A stretch of 64,000 nucleotides of DNA from assembly GCA_016934735.1 (NCBI GenBank), contig JAFGSG010000110.1, forward strand, positions 1,457 through 65,456. The letters run 5' to 3'. The stretch is from Spirochaetota bacterium. Lineage in GTDB: Bacteria; Spirochaetota; UBA4802; JAFGDQ01. Every line of letters starts with the position of its first letter. Within the stretch, counting starts at the first letter, position 1. The notes beneath the pieces were generated by a model. That model ran no database searches and was not told where the DNA came from. It saw only the letters and a list, made by a program, of their open reading frames with translations. Both the position numbers and the translations under genes were made by a program. Shown here piece by piece: positions 21,577 to 31,269 of the stretch.

Positions 21577-21708
21577 CAATAGATTAAAATACATTACAAA
21601 ATTTTCTGCGGAATCAGGCCTTCCTTGATTGATTTTTAGTTTTTAAAAGTATTTGCATCAGGCCTGAAAAGCGTCCTCAAAAATTTTGTAATGTATTTTA
21701 ATCTATTG
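21577..21708. repeat. 132-bp element with perfect 29-bp terminal inverted repeats
   Basis: 21577-21605 CAATAGATTAAAATACATTACAAAATTTT is the exact reverse complement of 21680-21708. Confidence 0.9.
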
Positions 21709-21785
21709 TATGTTCAATTTGTTTTTGAGATGACTTGTAAATAATTTATTTTAGTTAAAATCTTCCTTACAAAATATATTACAAT

Positions 21786-23954
21786 ATGGAAAGATCGCAA
21801 CTTCTTTATAAAATAACAACTATAGCGCTTAGGGCGCTTATTAAAGCCACAAATGCTGAGATCAGGATCCATGGTAAAGAAAATATAATTGATCAGCCTG
21901 TTCTTTATGTTATCAATCATTTTACCCGGATGGAAACATTTTTCCTGCCCTATATAATACATCAATTAACAAAAACTGAAATACTATCACTCGCAGCCAG
22001 TGAATTTTTCGGCGGAGGGTTCGGAAATTATCTGGAGAGACTCGGAGCAGTTTCTACAAATTCCCCTGACAGAGACCGTATTATGACCTCAGCCCTTCTT
22101 AAAAAAGATATGTCATGTCTGGTTTTCCCTGAAGGGCAGATGATCAAGGATAAGAAGATAATAGAAAAGGGAAAATACATGGTTTATAATTCGGGCATAA
22201 GAAGACCGCCGCATACAGGCGCTGCGGTTCTTGCACTAAGAGCGGAATTTTACAGGCAGAAATTAGCTCATTTCAGGGATACTAAATTTAATGAAGGAAT
22301 TAAAACTTACAGCGAATTTTTTGATATAGATTCAAAAGAAAAATTAAATGAAGTAATTAAGGCGCAGACCCATATTATTCCTGTTAATGTAACGTATTAT
22401 CCGGTAAGAGCAAGAAAAAATCTGATCAATAAAATTGCGTCAAAGCTGGTCGGCAATGTTCCTGAAAGACTCGAAGAGGAACTTGCTGTAGAAGGTTCCA
22501 TGCTTATTGACGGCGTGGATATTGATATCAATTTCGGTAAAGCAATTGTCGTGCGGCCATTTCTTCAAAAAGAAAAAATCAGGAAAATGATACAGAGTAC
22601 AAATACATTTATTGAAAAAGAGGAGATAAAAAATAAACTAAGGTTTAAAATTGAAAGCAGAAAATTAATGTATAATTATATGAAATCCATTTACAGTATG
22701 ACCACTGTAAATCATGATCATATATTATCATATATTTTATCGAAATATAAAAAAAATAAAATATCAAAAAAAGATTTAAGGAACAGGGCATTCCTTGCTA
22801 TCAGCATGATGAAGGATCAGCTTGAATATAACCATTCTTTTATTGACCGCAAACAGAATTCCCTGTTGATAGACGAAGACAATGATAAGATGCAGAATTT
22901 TATAAAGGCGCTGGAAGAAGATTCATTGATATATACGGATAAAAATTATATTTATAAGAAAAAAGAAAGATTTTCAAGGATTCATCAATTTCATACAATA
23001 AGAAAAGACAACATAGCCGAAGTGCTGAAAAATGAAATTGAACCGCTCTGCAGCCTGGTTAAATCACTTAATAATATTATGAGAGTGCCGGAATTTTTAA
23101 TTCGTAAAAAAATAAGAGATAAATTTTTAAAATGGGATTTGGAGCTTTTTGAGCGCGATTATAAAAAGTATTATTATAAAAAGCAAAGCAAACCGAAAAA
23201 TATCGGCCAGCCGTTTTTCTTAAAAAAGCCTTTCAGCAAAAAAGGTATTTTACTTATTCACGGATACATGGCCGCGCCGGAAGAAGTAAAGGAACTTGCC
23301 CGTTTTTTGCATAGGTCAGGGTATAGCGTTTATGGAGTCAGGTTGCGCGGACACGGCACTTCACCAGAGGATCTTGCTGCCAGAACATGGCAGGATTGGC
23401 TTAAGTCCGTAAGAAGAGGCTATGTAATTCTGGCAAATTCCGTAAGGGATATGGCAATCGGGGGATTCTCAACCGGGGCTGGTCTGGCCCTTCTGCATGC
23501 GAGAACACAGGAAGATTATAATTGCGTAATCTCTATCTGCGCTCCGTTAAAGCTTGCAAATATTGCATCGAATTTTGCCTCGACTGTTGTAAGGTGGAAT
23601 CAATTTCTTAAGAAGATTAACATAAAAAAAGGGAAGATGGAATTTGTTCAAAATAATCCGAAGAATCCTCATATCAATTATTTTAAAAATCCTGTGAGCG
23701 GCTTATGGGAGCTTGAAAAGCTAATGAAAATTGTAAATACTAATCTTAAAGACATAAAGATACCGGCGCTTGTGATACAGGGCAGTAATGATCCGGTAGT
23801 CAATCCTGAAAGCGGAAGGGATGTTTTTGAGAAGATCGGGTCTGAGAACAAGGAATATGTTACCATAAACAGCAATAACCATATTATAATTATGGGCGAA
23901 GATACAAAAAAAGTATTTCCGCAGATTCAAAAATTTTTAAGGGAATTTTTGTAA
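21786..23954 (+). CDS. Fusion: PlsC-like acyltransferase + alpha/beta-hydrolase (carboxylesterase)
   Basis: N-terminal NHFTRME (HxxxD-like) and VFPEG; C-terminal LLIHG, GVRLRGHG, GFSTG nucleophile elbow, QGSNDPVV, HII. Confidence 0.85.
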   Translation: MERSQLLYKITTIALRALIKATNAEIRIHGKENIIDQPVLYVINHFTRMETFFLPYIIHQLTKTEILSLAASEFFGGGFGNYLERLGAVSTNSPDRDRIMTSALLKKDMSCLVFPEGQMIKDKKIIEKGKYMVYNSGIRRPPHTGAAVLALRAEFYRQKLAHFRDTKFNEGIKTYSEFFDIDSKEKLNEVIKAQTHIIPVNVTYYPVRARKNLINKIASKLVGNVPERLEEELAVEGSMLIDGVDIDINFGKAIVVRPFLQKEKIRKMIQSTNTFIEKEEIKNKLRFKIESRKLMYNYMKSIYSMTTVNHDHILSYILSKYKKNKISKKDLRNRAFLAISMMKDQLEYNHSFIDRKQNSLLIDEDNDKMQNFIKALEEDSLIYTDKNYIYKKKERFSRIHQFHTIRKDNIAEVLKNEIEPLCSLVKSLNNIMRVPEFLIRKKIRDKFLKWDLELFERDYKKYYYKKQSKPKNIGQPFFLKKPFSKKGILLIHGYMAAPEEVKELARFLHRSGYSVYGVRLRGHGTSPEDLAARTWQDWLKSVRRGYVILANSVRDMAIGGFSTGAGLALLHARTQEDYNCVISICAPLKLANIASNFASTVVRWNQFLKKINIKKGKMEFVQNNPKNPHINYFKNPVSGLWELEKLMKIVNTNLKDIKIPALVIQGSNDPVVNPESGRDVFEKIGSENKEYVTINSNNHIIIMGEDTKKVFPQIQKFLREFL

Positions 23955-24026
23955 AAAAAATAACTTGCTATTTTTTATACTTTGTATGTTTATTAATTAA
24001 AATAATAATTTTTAGGAGGAGTTTTT

Positions 24027-24653
24027 ATGAAGTTAAAAATAATGTCAGTACTGGCTGCTTTTGCAATGGTAGCTGCTTTTTCGCTAAATGCCGATGCTCA
24101 ATATATGACCCAGGATGTCATATTTGTAAAAGCAGGATATATTCCGGTTTATACTGTTACATTTGATGAAGACTTTGAGGATGATGAACTTGAATTCAGA
24201 GGATTTGCCTTACAGGGCGAATATAACCTGAATTTTGACGGATTCTGGCTTGGGTTCGGGCTGGAGTATCAATACACTAAACTGGATGTAGAAGGGGAGA
24301 AAAATTTAGCAAATCAATTTATTCTGCCTATGGCATCAATAAAGATTGCCGCAGTTGGAGGATTATATGTGGGTGGAGGTGTATCTGCAAAATATCTGAT
24401 TGCTACAGAAAAGTGGTCTGACGGGTCAGAAGCTAAAAAGAAGGTGGACTTATGGGCAAACGGTATTCTCGGGTATCACATGCCGATTGGAGAAGGGCTG
24501 TTCCTGGATCTGGAAGGCAGATTCGGATGGAACCTTACTAATAAGCAGTTTTCCGAATACGAAAATGTATCAGAAACGTATAAGATGAAAAATGCTTACG
24601 ACATCGCTTTCTATGCCGGTATAGGCTTCAGGGCGCTCGGGTCAAATTATTAA
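24027..24653 (+). CDS. Outer-membrane beta-barrel protein
   Basis: Signal peptide (ADA) and alternating amphipathic strands (FWLGFGLEYQY, FLDLEGRFGW, IAFYAGIGF). Confidence 0.75.
   Translation: MKLKIMSVLAAFAMVAAFSLNADAQYMTQDVIFVKAGYIPVYTVTFDEDFEDDELEFRGFALQGEYNLNFDGFWLGFGLEYQYTKLDVEGEKNLANQFILPMASIKIAAVGGLYVGGGVSAKYLIATEKWSDGSEAKKKVDLWANGILGYHMPIGEGLFLDLEGRFGWNLTNKQFSEYENVSETYKMKNAYDIAFYAGIGFRALGSNY
24561..24653 (+). repeat. Direct repeat, copy 1 (3' end of the beta-barrel gene)
   Basis: 86/93 identical to 30133-30225 by manual alignment. Confidence 0.92.
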
Positions 24654-24671
24654 AAATTGTATTAAAAAAAA

Positions 24672-24710
24672 TACAGCGCGTTCCCGGCAGTTGCCGAAGA
24701 ACGCGCTGTA
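24672..24710. terminator. Terminator hairpin between convergent genes
   Basis: TACAGCGCGTTC...GAACGCGCTGTA 12-bp stem with an inner CGGCA/TGCCG stem; A run on the left. Confidence 0.8.
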
Positions 24711-24736
24711 ATGCAGTACATAAAACACATTTCTTT

Positions 24737-25363
24737 TTAAACACCCGCCGTAGCACGCATTGAAACAGATGCTGAAACTCCTTCAGCCGATGCATATTCA
24801 CTGTTTGCCAGTATTGCGTAAACAAAATATTCCGCTCCGGGCTCAAGTCCGGTTATGGTAAACTGGGAAGCCGGATTAAGGTCTGCTTTATAAGTCCGTA
24901 TGTCATCCGTCACGTTTTCGTCCAGAATTCTTTGAACAAAGAATACAATATACCTTGCGCCGGAATTTTCAGGTAAGGACAGAGAGCAAACGATCTCACC
25001 TGCAGAAGCGTTTCCTTCTACGCTTACAGTTAAAAGCTCATCTACACCGCTTTTTTTAAAAAGCTCAAGCGCTTCACCGTCAAGAACCCGCGCAGAATTA
25101 GCTTTAATGAAAGCGTTGAATCCTGTCATGTTCATATCCTTCGCGTACGAATTCCATGAAGCATGCATTGCGTTTGCCATGTTTTTCCATATTGAAACCA
25201 GAAGGGCGAACGCATTTCTTATTTCAACCTGTCTTTCGCTGTTTCCCCTTGAATAGTTAGTGTATTCCCTAACGTAGTTGGTATCTTTCCATTTAGAGAA
25301 AACAACATTACCCAGCCTGTTCCTTACATCTGCTACTAAAGTACTTAATCTTACTTTTGCCAT
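24737..25363 (-). CDS. Hypothetical protein (DUF6266-like N-terminus, FN3-like C-terminus)
   Basis: GNVVFSKWKDTNYVR...RQVEIRNAF...W...TGFNAFIKAN pattern; ends FTITGLEPGAEYFVY; AAGGAG RBS. Confidence 0.6.
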   Translation of the reverse strand: MAKVRLSTLVADVRNRLGNVVFSKWKDTNYVREYTNYSRGNSERQVEIRNAFALLVSIWKNMANAMHASWNSYAKDMNMTGFNAFIKANSARVLDGEALELFKKSGVDELLTVSVEGNASAGEIVCSLSLPENSGARYIVFFVQRILDENVTDDIRTYKADLNPASQFTITGLEPGAEYFVYAILANSEYASAEGVSASVSMRATAGV

Positions 25364-25757
25364 TTTATTTCTCCTTTTAAAAAATTATTTTTCAAAGTAA
25401 ATATTCAAATAAGCTCACGCCTTTCATAGAACAAGTTCCCGGGATTTCCTTTCCGAAACTAAAACCGTATTAATGTAAAGAACCCGGATTTTAAGTAATA
25501 CGGAAAGAAACAGGTTTTAAGAATCGGCAGAAACCATATTTAAAATTTCCCTTTGCCTATATATACGAAAACAGGTAACATTTTAATTAAACAGCAGCAG
25601 CTAATCTTGGTTTTTAAAAACACCGGCTTTAGAACACAACTTAGAATTTGAAGCGGTTATGAAGCGGATAAAATTTATTATTTTAATTCTACTATTGCGG
25701 TTTAAATCTGAATTAGTACATTCATCTGGCTTCAAGTATGTTCAGCCAGCAAAAAGG

Positions 25758-25814
25758 CCGCATCCTGAGAGGCTTGAACTGAGCGAGCGAAGCCGAAGTA
25801 AGTCGAAGGGTGCG
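25758..25814. repeat. REP-like palindrome, TTCGAC..GCTCAG family
   Basis: Reverse complement CGCACCCTTCGACTTAC...GCTCAG...CTCAGGATGCGG shares CCTTCGA and CTCAGGATGCGG with 45759-45829. Confidence 0.65.
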
Positions 25815-26171
25815 ATATGTATTAAGCATTTCGTAAACTGTAATAATTCAAAATTTTTAATTTTTTTAATGAAAATTTAACTTTTTTTGCTTAAGCACTT
25901 TCCGTTTGCAAATTGTTTTCATATATTTAAATAACCTGCTCTTTATTTCTTTTTTAATAATCAATTTAGTACTACAAATTATTATAATTGCGCTGCGGTA
26001 TTCGCATGTCACGGTGTTTTTCCGGTTACGTGATTTGATTTTTATCTGAATTCGGGGCGGTTGAGGCCGGAACATAAAGCCCGAATCCAATAGTTTCTAT
26101 GGGTAAATTTTCAGGTTAGGGCAGGATTGCGAAAGAATAGTCTAAAATAATATATTATAACGAGGCTTTAT

Positions 26172-26765
26172 ATGAAAAATTTAAAAGAAACAGACAAAAC
26201 AATATCACAGGGAATTATAGACGGCAGCAGGCAGGCTTACGCCGACTTCAGCGAGAGATTTTCCGGGTTGATTTACAATGAATGCATGAAATACTGCACT
26301 GAGAGCGAAGATACCGAAGAATTGCTTAACGAAGTCCTTATACATCTTGTTATTAAAATGGGACGGTTTAATCCCGAAAAAGGAAGCCTTGTGACCTGGA
26401 TTTTAGCAGTGACAAAAAATTTTCTCAGGGATTATTACAGAAAAAAATCCACTGAAGCTGAACTGGTGCTTTTAGAGGAATTTTATCTCGATTTTTATCC
26501 CGCTAAACAGGAAAAATATAATTTAGAACAGGAAGAAAGCGGTAATTCTACTGCTGATAACAGATTGCAGGATGCTTTGTCTGTATTAAGCGAAAGAGAC
26601 AGAAATATTCTTCAATACAGGGCTGAAGGCTTTAGTTACAAAACAATCAGCGAATTTCTTCACATTAAAGCGAAAACGGCAAAAATGGCCTATAGCAGGG
26701 CTGTGAAGAAGGTTAGGGTGATGTATTATAAAGCTGAAAGCCTTAGTGCAGATAAAATTATCTGA
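26172..26765 (+). CDS. ECF-type sigma-70 factor
   Basis: Region 2 (EELLNEVLIHL, FNPEKGSLVTWILAVTKNFLRDYYR) and region 4 (LSERDRNILQYRAEGFSYKTISEFL...YSRA). Confidence 0.88.
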   Translation: MKNLKETDKTISQGIIDGSRQAYADFSERFSGLIYNECMKYCTESEDTEELLNEVLIHLVIKMGRFNPEKGSLVTWILAVTKNFLRDYYRKKSTEAELVLLEEFYLDFYPAKQEKYNLEQEESGNSTADNRLQDALSVLSERDRNILQYRAEGFSYKTISEFLHIKAKTAKMAYSRAVKKVRVMYYKAESLSADKII

Positions 26766-27031
26766 TGTAAAGGTAATTTTGATCTAAAAAATAATTTAAA
26801 AATCTGTATTGACAAACTTATACTTATTTATAAAAGTTTTAATAATAATTTTTAATTAACACATTTGCTAAACAACAAATCTAAGAAATGCAGATAATTC
26901 AATAGGAGACGGAAACCCTAATCCGGAACACATCGCGCTCAGCATGGTTGGCAGTATAAAAGTAACCGTGAATAAATAAAAATATAAAGATCCGGTTTTT
27001 AGACCATTCTAATCTCAAATTAAGAACTCGC

Positions 27032-28045
27032 GTGAAAAATATATCAGCTTTTATTGTTATAATCTGTTTTCTTTTATTTTCCTGTTCAAACAGTAAGGAA
27101 TATAAAGAAAGCAGATCGATGCTGGGGACAACTATAAACATTACCCTTATAACAGACAGTGAAGAGCAGGCAAATAAGACATTTGATGATGTATTCAGAG
27201 AAATTAATCGTATTGAAAATCTTTTGAGCTATTACATGAAGGATTCGGAAATCACTAAGATCAATAAAAACAGCGGAAACCCGACAGTTGTAAGTGATGA
27301 AACATTTTATTTAATCAATAAATGCAATGAATTATCCGAGCTTTCAGACGGCGCTTTTGACATATCATTCTCTGCCGTAGGAAAGCTTTGGAAATTCGGC
27401 GGAAATTTCATGCCCCCGTCCGATGCTCTTATAAAAACAAAATTAAAATTTGTTAATTACAAAAATATACTTCTTGATTCGCAAAATAAAACAGTAACTC
27501 TTAAACTTAAGGGAATGGCGATTGGCCTGGGTTCCATCGGAAAAAGATACGCGATCGGGCGGGCCGCTAAAAAAATAAAATTCAGAAATATTGATGATGC
27601 GATTGTCCAGACAGGCGGTGATATGCAGGTTTTTGGCACAAAATTTGGAAAAAACTGGACTATCGGGGTAGAAAATCCCCGCGGTGAAGGACTTTTGTAC
27701 AGCTTTGAAGCAAGATCCGGGGAGACTATATCTTCTTCAGGAGATTATAAGAGATGCCAGATCTATAAGGGAAAACGCTATCATCATATTTTCGACCCAC
27801 GGACAGGGTATCCTACAAATACTTTTGCCTCAGTTACGGTCATTACAGAAATTCCGGATAATGCGGACGGTTTGTCGACAGCTATTTTCGTGATGGGGAA
27901 AGATAAATACAGAAAATTGCTGAAACATTTCGCTAAAACATATTTGATACTTATCGATCAGGAGATGAAGATTTATATATCAAAAGAACTTAAAGACAGA
28001 ATAAAGCCGTTGGTGAAAGAAGCTGAAGTGATCAATTGGATATGA
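27032..28045 (+). CDS. apbE: FAD:protein FMN transferase (lipoprotein)
   Basis: Lipobox LFSC; SMLGT, SDGAFDI, LGSIGK, TGGD, SSSGDY, YHHIFDPRTGYP, ADGLSTAIFVMG. Confidence 0.92.
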   Translation: MKNISAFIVIICFLLFSCSNSKEYKESRSMLGTTINITLITDSEEQANKTFDDVFREINRIENLLSYYMKDSEITKINKNSGNPTVVSDETFYLINKCNELSELSDGAFDISFSAVGKLWKFGGNFMPPSDALIKTKLKFVNYKNILLDSQNKTVTLKLKGMAIGLGSIGKRYAIGRAAKKIKFRNIDDAIVQTGGDMQVFGTKFGKNWTIGVENPRGEGLLYSFEARSGETISSSGDYKRCQIYKGKRYHHIFDPRTGYPTNTFASVTVITEIPDNADGLSTAIFVMGKDKYRKLLKHFAKTYLILIDQEMKIYISKELKDRIKPLVKEAEVINWI

Positions 28046-28227
28046 ATATTTAAAAGCGTTTCGGAAACTGTAACTCAATAGCACTACTACTTTAATGATT
28101 TTGAAAAATCAAGATAAGTTTATATCATTTGAAAATTTTTTTGTATTGAAATATTTTGAAAAATTGCTAATGTATGTTTTTTTGCAGGTAAAAATCAGTT
28201 AATATTTAATCATAAAATTAAAAATAT

Positions 28228-28520
28228 TTATTTAACATAATATTTTTTCCAAAATTTTGCGATCTCCTTTGGAAGTACATGCCAATAATTGCCTTTGTAT
28301 TTTTCTTTGTTATATAATAATAATTCCTTAAATAATTTAACAGGATACTCCTTGAATTTCATTTCGTTTTGAAAATTTATATAGTCCGGATGACTGATAA
28401 ATAAAACCATATTCTTGTTTTTGGTTATCCAATCAACCTTTTTCTTCCAGATTGCAATATCTTTTTCGGTTAAGTATAAGAACAACGTTGAATCCTGCGG
28501 AAGAATGTAAGGTAATTTAA
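28228..28520 (-). pseudogene. 3' remnant of a polysaccharide-deacetylase-family gene
   Basis: LPYILPQDSTLF...IWKKKVDWI...LFISHPDY...YWHVLPKEIAKFW matches the C-terminus of NodB-like glycan-locus proteins. No 5' part remains; the junction coordinate is approximate. Confidence 0.65.
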
Positions 28521-28601
28521 ATGGTAAACCGGGGCTGTCTCAGAAAGCGGCCCCTATATTTTTCAATATGTAAAGTCAGGTAGATAGAATAATTAACTAA
28601 C

Positions 28602-29966
28602 TCATTTTGATTGACTTTTCAGGCTGCCAAAAGCAGCCGAGATAGTTCTTTGGAAACTGAATTTTGATTTGGCAACTCTTTAAGATACTGAGCTGTGTCA
28701 TTCCAGATTATAGTTCTAAGAATATTTTGAAGGTTTCTTATAGATACAGAAGCCTTTTGATTCTTATATTCTTTTTCACATGTGCCTTTTATTGCAATGT
28801 GGGTCAGAAGAGCATAGGCAAAACAGACAAGATGCAGGTGTGTAACTGCAGCTTTATATGAACGATTTCGATAACGCCCAAGCCCTAAAAGCTGTTTAGC
28901 ATCTTTGAAGAATACTTCAATATTCCAGCGAATATTATAGGATCTGATTATAACCACAGCTTTAAGTCGCGGATGATCCGTAACCAAAGCAAGAATATTC
29001 CGTTCAGAGTTCTTTCTTGAAAATATTATATGTGACAGCCCAATTTTACTTACTTCAATCCAGCCTGCGTCTATAAATTTATAACTGGCTATTCCATGTC
29101 CTTTCGATATTTTCATTTCTAATTTTTCTTTACTCTTGAAACAATAACTACCATAAAAACCGGATTTGAGCTTTTTACCCCTTTTCTTAAGGTTTCTGCT
29201 GGATTTCAGTACTGAAATAAAATGAAATTTCTTTTCTTTACATGCTTTTGTTACAACCGGACACAGATAATATGCATCAAATAAAACTAACACTTTGATA
29301 TCTTTCGGAGCAACAAACTACCTGATGATTTCAGCAGCAAGCTCAGTTACCTTGCGAAAAAGTATCTCAAGTTTCAGACTATCCTTATCTTTGACATAGA
29401 GTCTAACGGCAAAAGGAATTGTAAGGCCACGGGTATATACAGTTGCTTTAATATATTGGTGCCCCCAAACATATTTTTTACTGACTGGATCATGCACTCA
29501 ACCGACAGCGTCCATCTCTTTTCCTCTTTTGTCTTTCTTCGAATCATCAAGGATTAAGTATATTGTTTCTCCTGCTCTGAGACTGAGAGATTCGAGTGAT
29601 TCATAAGCTTTGTTTGCTAATAATTTCTCCGGTTCCCATCTCGCTATATTCATAAAGTTGTTATAGCGTGTCCTGTGGGGGAAATGATCCTTATCAAGAA
29701 ATTTATGCAGCGATGAAATATTTCGGTCTTCCCAAGATACGGCTATTAAAAGTACGAGCACCCGGAAATATTCAAAATGTCCAAATCTGAATTCAGTTTT
29801 CAAAGAGCGAAAAAAATTATCTATTTTGGAGGGAAAACGGACGATTCTGAACATAAAGGCAATTAACTCCTCTGAAAAATGGTTTTGTCACCTCTTTCAT
29901 CGGGCGTTTTGCTTTTTTTTATTTGTCCTTTTCTTCCCTCCTATGTTAAAAAGTCAGTCAAAATGA
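28602..29966 (-). mobile_element. Insertion sequence, IS701-like / IS4 superfamily, with 18-bp TIRs
   Basis: TCATTTTGATTGACTTTT (28602-28619) vs AAAAGTCAGTCAAAATGA (29949-29966): 17/18 inverted match, enclosing the transposase. Confidence 0.85.
28619..29854 (-). pseudogene. DDE transposase with two in-frame nonsense codons
   Basis: One frame: ILDDSKKDKR...AVG*VHDP (TGA 29498-29500)...IIR*FVAP (TAG 29318-29320)...LFDAYY...RWNIEVFFKDAKQLLG. Confidence 0.88.
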
Positions 29967-30132
29967 TTAATTTACAAAACAGCAAAATAAAATAGTTACT
30001 ATCGAAATTTTATATATTTTGCAAAAACATGTTATTATAGAAATATTATTGACTTATTATAATTATTTATTAATCATACTTAGAAATAAATTAATTAATA
30101 GCTGATTGTAATATTTTAATTTAATCCGGGAA

Positions 30133-30225
30133 GAAAATGTATCAGAAACATATAAGATGAAAAATTCATATGACATCGCTTTCTATGCCGGTATAGGCTT
30201 CAGGGCGCTTTGGTCGAATTATTAA
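30133..30225 (+). repeat. Direct repeat, copy 2: orphan 3' end of the beta-barrel gene
   Basis: 7 mismatches vs 24561-24653; similarity stops exactly at the TAA. Confidence 0.92.
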
Positions 30226-30324
30226 GATTATCAAATCAATATATCAAATTTATAGGACATAAGCGATTTTTAAGATGACCAATGATAATTTATTAATTTT
30301 ATTAAAGGAGATTATATATACAAA

Positions 30325-31269
30325 ATGAAAATTCTTGTGACAGGCGGTGCCGGTTTTATTGGGAGTCACCTTTGCGACGAATTACTTAATAAAGCAAATT
30401 CAGTTGTTGTGGTAGACAATCTTTCCCTAGGGAAAATAGATAATATAAAACATTTAACAGGAGAGGTCAGTTTCAAATTTTATAGAGAAGATCTGTTGAA
30501 TTATAAAAAAATAGTAAAAATTTTTCGCAATGAACAGCCGGATATCGTTTTTCATATGGCCGCGAACTCTGATATCGCCAGTAGCATAAAGAATCCTGAA
30601 ATTGATCTAAATAATACGTATCTTTCGACATTTAACGTATTAAATGTAATGAGAGAACTTGGAATAAGTAAATTATTTTTTGCGTCTTCATCTGCAATAT
30701 ACGGTGATACCTTTTCAAATCTGACGGAAAATTTCGGTCCTTTGCTTCCGATATCTCATTACGGAGCCGGCAAACTTGCGTCAGAAGCTTTTATATCATC
30801 TTTTTCGGCATGTTATGACATACAATCCTGGATCGTTAGATTCCCGAATGTGGTCGGAGAAAGAGCCACCCATGGCGTAATTTATGACTTTATAAATAAA
30901 TTAAAGTCAAATCCGGGAAAACTGGAAGTCCTTGGAGATGGGGAGCAATATAAGCCTTATCTTTATGTTAAGGACCTTGTTGATGCAATGCTTTTCATAT
31001 GGAACAAAAGCTCTGACAGATTTAACGTATTCAACATCGGTGTGGAAAGTAGAACCAAAGTTAGAACGATAGCCCTTATGGTTGTTGAGGAAATGGGCCT
31101 TAACACTGAAATTAAATATTCAGGCGGTTCCCGCGGATGGGTGGGCGATGTGCCTGTATTTAATTACAATCTTTCGAAATTGCATAACCTTGGCTGGAAA
31201 GCAAAAATCACGTCTGACGAAGCGGTAAAAAAATCTATTCGATATATACTTGGCAAAACTGACGAATGA
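30325..31269 (+). CDS. NAD-dependent epimerase/dehydratase (extended SDR)
   Basis: GGAGFIG, HMAA, SSSAIYG, YGAGK (YxxxK), RFPNVVG. Confidence 0.92.
   Translation: MKILVTGGAGFIGSHLCDELLNKANSVVVVDNLSLGKIDNIKHLTGEVSFKFYREDLLNYKKIVKIFRNEQPDIVFHMAANSDIASSIKNPEIDLNNTYLSTFNVLNVMRELGISKLFFASSSAIYGDTFSNLTENFGPLLPISHYGAGKLASEAFISSFSACYDIQSWIVRFPNVVGERATHGVIYDFINKLKSNPGKLEVLGDGEQYKPYLYVKDLVDAMLFIWNKSSDRFNVFNIGVESRTKVRTIALMVVEEMGLNTEIKYSGGSRGWVGDVPVFNYNLSKLHNLGWKAKITSDEAVKKSIRYILGKTDE

Noticed and set aside
25555-25580. ECF promoter TGTTAC...CGTATA on the minus strand
   Set aside because: The spacer is only 7 nt, far below the usual ~16.
29318-29500. Stop-codon recoding or readthrough in the transposase
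   Set aside because: Two different stops (TGA and TAG) each sit one base from an expected sense codon, and other genes end normally at TGA and TAG. Decay is the simpler explanation.
28597-29970. Target-site duplication for the IS
   Set aside because: Only a possible TAA/TAA that needs a mismatched terminal base; too weak in AT-rich DNA.
24561-30225. Diversity-generating retroelement (template/variable repeat pair)
   Set aside because: The seven differences are not confined to adenines of either copy on either strand, and no reverse transcriptase is present.
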